Positions 27,242 through 35,000 of a stretch of 44,515 bases of DNA are shown one piece after another. How positions within the stretch are numbered: position 1 is the first letter of the stretch; each line of letters begins with the position of its first letter. The position numbers and the translations under genes were made by a program. Below the pieces are notes generated by a model. The model was not told the DNA's origin. It saw nothing but the letters and a program-made list of their open reading frames with translations, and searched no databases. The DNA is from Balanoglossus misakiensis (lineage: Eukaryota; Animalia; Hemichordata): positions 1 through 44,515 of the forward strand of contig JBECUI020000063.1 in assembly GCA_040954595.2 (NCBI GenBank). Direction: 5' to 3'.

Positions 27242-27272
27242 TGCGTTTCAAGGCCTCCGGCCCATGTGCAAA
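27240..27272 (-). other. Predicted 3'-terminal stem-loop of the LINE RNA
   Basis: Sense strand TTTGC-A-CA-T-GGGCC-GGA-GGCCT-TG-AAAC-GCAAA: nested pairing TTTGC/GCAAA, CA/TG and GGGCC/GGCCT. Folded by eye only. Confidence 0.55.
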
Positions 27273-27409
27273 GGGGGGTTACATTCAGTATTTCCATTAC
27301 TTCGTCAAAACAAAACAAAAACAAAACAAAAAGATTACAAACATCACGTGGATAATGAAAACGGAAGAAAGTTACAGTGGGAGACATATATAAATCAGTA
27401 GTGAAAATA

Positions 27410-30400
27410 TTATACATTTGCATCAGCTCTTTCTCTGAGCTTGACTGCTCTATGAACAAAGTTACAAAGTCTGAGTATGGTGTCTGAATCATTTGTGTTC
27501 ATTACACTGGTAAACTTATAAAAGTTTGGCTCTAAAAACAGATCAGTTGGTAAGTATCGTACTCTGAGATTGTTATACAGTGGACAAATTACTAGAAAGT
27601 GGTACTCATCTTCAACTGCTTTGGTGTTACAAAATTTACAATGTCTGTCTGCTGGGTCGATGTGGTGTCTTCTGCCTTCCTCTATAGCGAGAGGAAGTGA
27701 GGAACACCGAAAACGTGAATACATTTGGATAACATTGTGGTGACACTGGATGGAAAGATATTTTTCAGGTTCTAAAATACTCTTGAATTGAATGTAAGTG
27801 CGAAGTTTTGGTTTCAATGCCATGTTTTCTCTCCATTGTTGTCTAAAAATATCCTGCACTCTTAGTTGAAATGTCGAAAGAAATAATTGCTTGTTGCCCA
27901 CTTCCTGAGCAACCCATGCAAAACCCAGCCCAAATGAGAATAGAATATCCTTTATAGATGACGCCCAAGTACGTCTGCCTATACTATCCAAATTACATAA
28001 CATAATATAAGCTTGTTTCGGAATTCTGTCATTGGGCATTTCTAACAGCTTTAACCAAAAACTAATACAACGTTTCAGGGTGTAATAATAAATAGGGAAG
28101 CGCCCACATTCTCCTAGTACAGCTTCATTTGTGGCATTCTTAGGTAAACCCAATATTCTTCTGCACCAATTCCTTTGAATTTTCTCAATAGCATCAAAAT
28201 ATTGATGGCCCCAGACTTCTGAACCATAACAAAGGATCGGCAGAATAAGTACATCAAACAGTTTAAAATGAACAATACAATCAAAGTGACCAAGTTTCCA
28301 CCTTGCGACTGAGAGTGAAGTTAAGGCTTTGTTTGCTTGGTTGGCTAAGGTGCAAACTGCTTTGGACCATGAATTTCGTGAGGAAAGGAGAAGGCCAAGG
28401 TACTTATAATGAGAAACAATCTCAATCGCAGTTCCATTAAAATGCCATTTCTCCCATCGCGAACGATGGCCACCTTTACGAAATATCATTACCTTTGTTT
28501 TACCAAAATTGATCTGCATACGCCATTTAGTGCAAAAAATGGCTAAAATGTCAATCAAACATTGCAAATTTCTAACAGAATCAGCAAAAATGACGACATC
28601 ATCTGCGTATAATAAACAGAAAAGGTCATACAATTCTTGGGTAAGTTGAACACCCATAATACCAGCTGACATGTACATGGAGTTAAGTTCTTCTATAAAG
28701 AAACTGAATAATATGGGGCTTAGGATACATCCCTGCCTGACCCCAGCTGGACAATCAAAATAGTGTGATGAGACATTGCCCGCTCTGACACATGACTTAA
28801 TATTGGAATACATGGATTTTAAAATACGAAACATTTTCCCCTTGATGCCTAGCGACATGAGTTTGTACAACAGGAGGGAGTGGTTAACCCTGTCAAATGC
28901 CTTGGAAAAGTCAATGAAGAGACAGTAAAGTTTTCCACGACGGACACTTAAATATTTCTGAATGATGGCGTGTAAGGTAAAAATGTTATCCGTAGTGCCG
29001 TGATTTTTTCTAAAACCTGCTTGGCAGTCTGAGACGATATTTGAACTGTCGGACCATTTTGTTAAACGATCGTTCAGTATTGAAGTAAAGACCTTTCCAA
29101 GCGCATTTAACAAAGAAATACCCCTGTAGTTGTTTACATCACTTTTGACTCCTTTCTTGAACAGTGGAATGACAATGGCAACTGACCACTCAGGAGGAAA
29201 TCTTCCAGACTCAAAAATAAAGTTGAATGTTTGCACTAATAGTGGCAAAATTACATCCGCTGCGTAGCTATAAAATTCGTTGGGCAGACCATCAGGCCCT
29301 GGTGCTTTCCCATTTTTAAGCTTTCTCAGACAATTCAAGACTTCAGTTTCTGTTATTGGACTATTACACACATCATTGGTATGCTGAACGTTCTCTTCTA
29401 GATCATTGTTGTTACATGTATACAAATTTATTTCTTCCTCCACAGAGCGCAAGAACTCCAAATCCCCCGATTCAATGTCGTGGCATTTTTTGTACAGGTT
29501 ACTGAAGTAGTCAAACCATGACTGAATACTAATTTCACTTTGGGAGAATTTCCTGCGGCCAATCACAGAATTCAAAATGGACCAAAATTCGCCAGAGTTT
29601 TGTGATGCCGCCTCCTGGAAACAATTACGAATTGAATTTTGGTACTCATGCTTGCAGTTCTTGCAAATCTGTTTGAAGTGTTTCTTTGCAGACTTAAACT
29701 CGTCAAGAGAATCCTGTGTACCTAATTGTCTGAACAACTTTAATTTATTGTAGACTGTGGCTTTGGTCTGTTGGCACTTAGTGCCAAACCACGGTGGTTG
29801 ATTTGGTTTCACCCTACAAGGATTTAACCGAATGCGACCATCTGCACCTGCTGTCTGCAACGCAAGGTTAAGTTTTGAAATGACACAGCTTGTGTTGGGA
29901 AATGCACTTCTTGAATCTTCTAAAATGTTTTGGATATGAGAGGAGTGAAGGTTTCTCACAAAAGAGCGCTTACATTTCTCAGTCATGTGAAAACGAGTAA
30001 TGGGTGTGGGAGCACAGTCCGCTGGAGGGCTGCTGTTAGCCAAGGGTGAATTTACATAATTTATGTAACAGGTGAGTGGGAAATGATCTGAATCTATTCG
30101 TGGAAGGACTTCAAAGCAATTAACATATCTGAATAATTCAGCTGACATAATTACATAATCGATGACACTGCTCCCCATTGCTGAAATATGTGTGATGTTG
30201 CCCTCTTTGTCACCATCTACCCGACCATTGATAATATGTAAATCAAATTTTCGACAGATGTCTAGTAAGGCTTTTCCCGCTTCATTAACAGACAAGTCTT
30301 TAGAGTTTCTATGCATGTGAAAATTAGACGAATTGTACATATCTGGATCCATAGGAAGAAAGTCTACAGAGTCATCAAAAATAAAATCGTCTTCTACACC

Positions 30401-30850
30401 CGTTCGAGCGTTAAAGTCACCACCAATTATGAAATAACTGTCTGAAAATTCAGAACATAGTTCAACAAGCTGATTTTCGAAACTTTCAAGGTTGTCCAAA
30501 ATAGACTCGGGTCTAAAGTAACAACATCCCAAAATTACATTACGGTCAAATCCGAGCAAACTCTTATGAATATGCATAAAGATACAATTTTCTAAGTTGC
30601 TATTAATGGGACGAATCTTGTGAATAAAATGATTCTTAATATAAAGAGCAGTGCCACCGCTTGGTCTTCCTTTGGAATAGCGCCTTTTGGCAGGTGATTT
30701 GAAGACAGTATAATTACGTAAAACATCGACACGGTCTTTATCAGTGCAAAAAGTTTCCACCATTCCAACTATATCATACTTTGAGCAAAAAGACAGAAAG
30801 TCGTCATCGCTGACTTTTGGTTTCAAACCTCGTATGTTCCAGAATAGCAA
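27410..30850 (-). CDS. LINE ORF2: APE-like endonuclease, reverse transcriptase and C-terminal CCHC zinc finger (1146 aa from a TTG; frame is open upstream to 30886)
   Basis: Endonuclease motifs FWNIRGL, VETF, GGDFNAR, SVIDY, SDHFP. RT motifs KAPGPDG, YRGISLL, QAGFR, FIDFSKAFD, GVRQGCILSP, YADD (28598-28609), YKYLG. CX2CX9HX4C at 27584-27640. No internal stops or frameshifts. True start is uncertain. Confidence 0.97.
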   Translation of the reverse strand: MLFWNIRGLKPKVSDDDFLSFCSKYDIVGMVETFCTDKDRVDVLRNYTVFKSPAKRRYSKGRPSGGTALYIKNHFIHKIRPINSNLENCIFMHIHKSLLGFDRNVILGCCYFRPESILDNLESFENQLVELCSEFSDSYFIIGGDFNARTGVEDDFIFDDSVDFLPMDPDMYNSSNFHMHRNSKDLSVNEAGKALLDICRKFDLHIINGRVDGDKEGNITHISAMGSSVIDYVIMSAELFRYVNCFEVLPRIDSDHFPLTCYINYVNSPLANSSPPADCAPTPITRFHMTEKCKRSFVRNLHSSHIQNILEDSRSAFPNTSCVISKLNLALQTAGADGRIRLNPCRVKPNQPPWFGTKCQQTKATVYNKLKLFRQLGTQDSLDEFKSAKKHFKQICKNCKHEYQNSIRNCFQEAASQNSGEFWSILNSVIGRRKFSQSEISIQSWFDYFSNLYKKCHDIESGDLEFLRSVEEEINLYTCNNNDLEENVQHTNDVCNSPITETEVLNCLRKLKNGKAPGPDGLPNEFYSYAADVILPLLVQTFNFIFESGRFPPEWSVAIVIPLFKKGVKSDVNNYRGISLLNALGKVFTSILNDRLTKWSDSSNIVSDCQAGFRKNHGTTDNIFTLHAIIQKYLSVRRGKLYCLFIDFSKAFDRVNHSLLLYKLMSLGIKGKMFRILKSMYSNIKSCVRAGNVSSHYFDCPAGVRQGCILSPILFSFFIEELNSMYMSAGIMGVQLTQELYDLFCLLYADDVVIFADSVRNLQCLIDILAIFCTKWRMQINFGKTKVMIFRKGGHRSRWEKWHFNGTAIEIVSHYKYLGLLLSSRNSWSKAVCTLANQANKALTSLSVARWKLGHFDCIVHFKLFDVLILPILCYGSEVWGHQYFDAIEKIQRNWCRRILGLPKNATNEAVLGECGRFPIYYYTLKRCISFWLKLLEMPNDRIPKQAYIMLCNLDSIGRRTWASSIKDILFSFGLGFAWVAQEVGNKQLFLSTFQLRVQDIFRQQWRENMALKPKLRTYIQFKSILEPEKYLSIQCHHNVIQMYSRFRCSSLPLAIEEGRRHHIDPADRHCKFCNTKAVEDEYHFLVICPLYNNLRVRYLPTDLFLEPNFYKFTSVMNTNDSDTILRLCNFVHRAVKLRERADANV

Positions 30851-30886
30851 TGAAAAAATACATACACCTGGGCCTTGGCCACATCC

Positions 30887-31840
30887 CTACAGTGCAATTT
30901 CTTTGACTTGAAAAATTTGTCCATTACTTTCGTTCACTTTGTAGATTTTCTTGACTCCCTGCTCGTCAGTGCATATTAACTTGTCATACCTTACTTGTGA
31001 CTTCAGTGACGGGTTGTCCTCCAGCAGCGACTTGCGGAACTGTAGTAACTTTGCTCGTATAGAACGTATGCGCTTCGAAAAGTCTTCGCCGATACTAACG
31101 TTTGTACCTTTGAGTTTGTTAGCAGCTGAAAAGACTGTGGACTTGTCTTTGTATCTTGCAAGCTTGGCCATGATCGGGTGGGATCCTCGCACTTTTGGCG
31201 CGTTTGTTACTCGGTGTACCCTCTCAAATTCAATTTCCTTCGAAATGCCGAGGTTGTCCTTCAGCACAGACTGGACTTTTTCCTCTGAAGTGCTCCAGCT
31301 CTCAACCGGGTCGTCTTGTGGTATACCATAGAAAAGAAGATTGCTTTGTCTGCTTCTGTTATCCATATCGTCGTTTGCCCGTCTAAGATTGCAGTTTTCT
31401 TTTTTCAGTTGGTCTAATGACGATTTAATTTCTTGCAACGTACCTGCGTTGTCATTCGATTCCAAGGCTGATAGTTTCGTTGAATTACTTTGAATGGTAT
31501 CTCGTAGCTCCACCATGTCGTCCTCAATGTTGTCCATTCTGATTTGTAGGGAGTCCAATTTTCCGTGGACGTACTCCGACTCCGAAAGTAATTTATCGAG
31601 TTTTTCATTAATGCCAGCAATGTCATCCTTCGTAGCAGCGCGTTGTGGTCCCGGGTTGCTTTCCACATCACCAGCCAACACTAAAAGACTTATGAGGCAT
31701 AACTTGATTGACAGCGGCAGCTGGCAGTTTAGCAATGGTATGGTGAGTGCGGCCATCTTGGGTGCCTTTCCATTCCGTGTTGGATTCCCACCACCAAAAG
31801 ACCCAATTTTGCTTCTATATTGGGTTAAACTAATGCCCAT
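30887..31840 (-). CDS. LINE ORF1: N-terminal 2A-like peptide, coiled coil and L1-ORF1p/Transposase_22-like RRM plus CTD (317 aa)
   Basis: First AUG of the element, context GAAATGG. Heptad-rich region at about aa 72-165. Then NRSRQSNLLFYGIPQ, IEFERVHRV, HPIMAKL and LKGTNVSIGEDFS, which resemble L1-type ORF1p RRM/CTD motifs. Confidence 0.9.
   Translation of the reverse strand: MGISLTQYRSKIGSFGGGNPTRNGKAPKMAALTIPLLNCQLPLSIKLCLISLLVLAGDVESNPGPQRAATKDDIAGINEKLDKLLSESEYVHGKLDSLQIRMDNIEDDMVELRDTIQSNSTKLSALESNDNAGTLQEIKSSLDQLKKENCNLRRANDDMDNRSRQSNLLFYGIPQDDPVESWSTSEEKVQSVLKDNLGISKEIEFERVHRVTNAPKVRGSHPIMAKLARYKDKSTVFSAANKLKGTNVSIGEDFSKRIRSIRAKLLQFRKSLLEDNPSLKSQVRYDKLICTDEQGVKKIYKVNESNGQIFQVKEIAL
31646..31669 (-). 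other. 2A/StopGo ribosome-skipping core motif DVESNPG|P (ORF1 aa 58-65)
   Basis: Exact match to D(V/I)ExNPG|P, preceded by the typical LLxLAG hydrophobic helix (SLLVLAGDVESNPGP). Confidence 0.9.
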
Positions 31841-31989
31841 TTCGCTGCAGAAAGTTTCAGTTATGGTAAATATACCTTTGCGTGGAGTCTAAAGTAGGAT
31901 GTGTGAAGAAGCGACGCCTTTTTGGTAGAAAACTTCAGGAGCCGATCTGACGTACGTGTGCCTCCGTTGACAGTTACGTAATTCCCCCC
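31841..31989 (-). promoter_or_regulatory. LINE 5'UTR / putative internal promoter
   Basis: 149 nt between the right TSD and the ORF1 AUG, with no upstream AUG. Begins with G6 and contains clustered ACGT-core motifs. Promoter role is inferred from general LINE biology. Confidence 0.6.
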
Positions 31990-32001
31990 GAGACTGTTTG
32001 T
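31990..32001 (+). repeat. Target-site duplication, right copy (GAGACTGTTTGT)
   Basis: Identical to 27197-27208 and continues in register as GCCAATGACGGG. Confidence 0.95.
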
Positions 32002-35000
32002 GCCAATGACGGGTAAGACCGCTTATGAAGTGATGACCTAAGACAGGCGACAGTCAGGCTTCACTTACAAAAAGTGGAAAATACAATAGCTACATTGGTC
32101 GGCTGAAAGCTTACTTCCTGAGTCTGTTTGTGCCAATGACGGGTAAGACCACATATGAAGTGGTGACCTAAGACAGGCGACAGTCAGGCTTCACTTACAA
32201 AAAGTGGAAAATATAATAGCTACATTGGTAGGCTGAAAGCTTACTTCCTGAGACTGTTTGTGCCAATGACGGGTAAGACCGCTTATGAAGTGGTGACCTA
32301 AGACAGGCGACAGTCAGGCTTCACTTACAAAAAGTGGAAAATACAATAGCTACATTGGCAGGCTGAAAGCTTACTTCCTGAGACTGTTTGTGCCAATGAC
32401 GGGTAAGACCGCTTATGAAGTGGTGACCTAAGACAGGCGACAGTCAGGCTTCACTTACAAAAAGTGGAAAATATAATAGCTACATTGGTAGGCTGAAAGC
32501 TTACTTCCTGAGACTGTTTGTGCCAATGACGGGTAAGAACGCTTATGAAGTGGTGACCTAAGACAGGCGACAGTCAGGCTTCACTTACAAAAAGTGGAAA
32601 ATACAATAGCTACATTGGTAGGCTGAAAGCTTACTTCCTGAGACTGTTTGTGCCAATGACGGGTAAGACCGCTTATGAAGTGGTGACCTAAGACAGGCCA
32701 CAGTCAGGCTTCACTTACAAAAAGTGGAAAATATAATAGCTACATTGGTAGGCTGAAAGCTTACTTCCTGAGTCTGTTTGTGCCAATGACGGGTAAGACC
32801 GCTTATGAAGTGGTGACCTAAGACAGGCGACAGTCAGGCTTCACTTACAAAAAGTGGAAAATATAATAGCTACATTGGTAGGCTGAAAGCTTACTTCCTG
32901 AGACTGTTTGTGCCAATGACGGGTAAGACCGCTTATGAAGTGGTGACCTAAGACAGGCGACAGTCAGGCTTCACTTACAAAAAGTGGAAAATACAATAGC
33001 TACATTGGTAGGCTGAAAGCTTACTTCCTGAGACTGTTTGTGCCAATGACGGGTAAGACCGCTTATGAAGTGGTGACCTAAGACAGGCGACAGTCAGGCT
33101 TCACTTACAAAAAGTGGAAAATATAATAGCTACATTGGTAGGCTGAAAGCTTACTTCCTGAGACAGTTTGTGCCAATGACGGGTAAGACCGCTTATGAAG
33201 TGGTGACCTAAGACAGGCGACAGTCAGGCTTCACTTAAAAAAGTGGAAAATACAATAGCTACATTGGTAGGCTGAAAGCTTACTTCCTGAGACTGTTTGT
33301 GCCAATGATGGGTAAGACCTCTTATGAAGTGGTGACCTAAGACAGGCGACAGTCAGGCTTCACTTACAAAAAGTTGAAAATATAATAGCTACATTGGTAG
33401 GCTGAAAGCTTACTTCCTGAGACTGTTTGTGCCAATGACGTGTAAGACCGCTTATGAAGTGGTGACCTAAGACAGGCGACAGTCAGGCTTCACTTACAAA
33501 AAGTGGAAAATACAAGAGCTACATTGGTAGGCTGAAAGCTTACTTCCTGAGACTGTTTGTGCCAATGACGGGTAAGACCGCTTATGAAGTGGTGACCTAA
33601 GACAGGCGACAGTCAGGCTTCACTTACAAAAAGTGGAAAATACAATAGCTACATTGGTAGGCTGAAAGCTTACTTCCTGAGACTGTTTGTGCCAATGACG
33701 GGTAAGACCGCTTATGAAGTGGTGACCTAAGACAGGCGACAGTCAGGCTTCACTTACAAAAAGTGGAAAATACATTTGGTAGGCTGAAAGCTTACTTCCT
33801 GAGACTGTTTGTGCCAATGACGGGTAAGACCGCTTATGAAGTGGTGTCCTAAGACAGGCGACAGTCAGGCTTCACTTACAAAAAGTGGAAAATACAATAG
33901 CTACATTGGTAGGCTGAAAGCTTACTTCCTGAGACTGTTTGTGCCAATGACGGGTAAGACCGCTTATTAAGTGGTGACCTAAGACAGGCGACAGTCAGGC
34001 TTCACTTACAAAAAGTGGAAAATATAATAGCTACATTGGTAGGCTGAAAGCTTACTTCCTGAGACTGTTTGTGCCAATGACGGGTAAGACCGCTTATGAA
34101 GTGGTGACCTAAGACAGGCGACAGTCAGGCTTCACTTACAAAAAGTGGAAAATATAATAGCTACATTGGTAGGCTGAAAGCTTACTTCCTGAGACTGTTT
34201 GTGCCAATGACGGGTAAGACCGCTTATGAAGTGGTGACCTAAGACAGGCGACAGTCAGGCTTCCTACAAAAAGTGGAAAATACAATAGCTATATTGGTAG
34301 GCTGAAAGCTTACTTCCTGAGACTGTTTGTGCCAATGACGGGTAAGACCGCTTATGAAGTGGTGACCTAAGACAGGCGACAGTCAGGCTTCACTTACAAA
34401 AAGTGGAAAATACAATAGCTATATTGGTAGGCTGAAAGCTTACTTCCTGAGACTGTTTGTGCCAATGACGGGTCAGACCGCTTATGAAGTGGTGACCTAA
34501 GACAGGCGACAGTCAGGCTTCACTTACAAAAAGTGGAAAATACAATAGCTACATTGGTAGGCTGAAAGCTTACTTCCTGAGACTGTTTGTGCCAATGACG
34601 GGTAAGACCGCTTATGAAGTGGTGACCTAAGACAGGCGACAGTCAGGCTTCACTTACAAAAGTGCAAAATACAATAGCTACATTGGTAGGCTGAAAGCTT
34701 ACTTCCTGAGACTGTTTGTGCCAATGACGGGTCAGACCGCTTATGAAGTGGTGACCTAAGACAGGCGACAGTCAGGCTTCACTTACAAAAAGTGGAAAAT
34801 ACAATAGCTACATTGGTAGGCTGAAAGCTTACTTCCTGAGACTGTCTGTGCCAATGACGGGTCAGACCGCTTATGAAGTGGTGACCTAAGACAGGCGACA
34901 GTCAGGCTTCACTTACAAAAAGTGGAAAATATAATAGCTACATTGGTAGGCTGAAAGCTTACTTCCTGAGACTGTTTGTGCCAATGACGGGTAAGACCGC

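Larger units (their letters stand above)
27209..31989 (-). mobile_element. Full-length APE-type non-LTR retrotransposon (LINE), 4781 bp; RTE-X-like by ORF2 C-terminus and tail (clade tentative)
   Basis: 149-nt 5'UTR starting GGGGGGAATT, ORF1, ORF2 (endonuclease, RT, CCHC finger), about 175-nt 3'UTR, AATAAA, (ATT)n tail, flanking 12-bp TSD. No LTRs or terminal inverted repeats. Clade assignment is from recalled motif resemblance, not a phylogeny. Confidence 0.97.

Noticed and set aside
27306-27332. (CAAAA)n run
   Set aside because: Ordinary U-rich low-complexity tract in the LINE 3'UTR; not a separate element.
27205-27492. ORFs 27205..27393 (+) and 27220..27492 (-)
   Set aside because: They derive from the low-complexity tail and 3'UTR and overlap the ORF2 end; no recognisable domain.
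27410-28300. RNase H, integrase or LTR-element domains
   Set aside because: No such motifs recognised after the RT, only a CCHC finger; no LTRs or primer-binding site.
30951-31892. ORFs 30951..31331, 31195..31386, 31494..31892 (+) and 31414..31671 (-)
   Set aside because: Antisense or alternate-frame shadows of ORF1 with no motifs; no evidence for an ORF0-like product.
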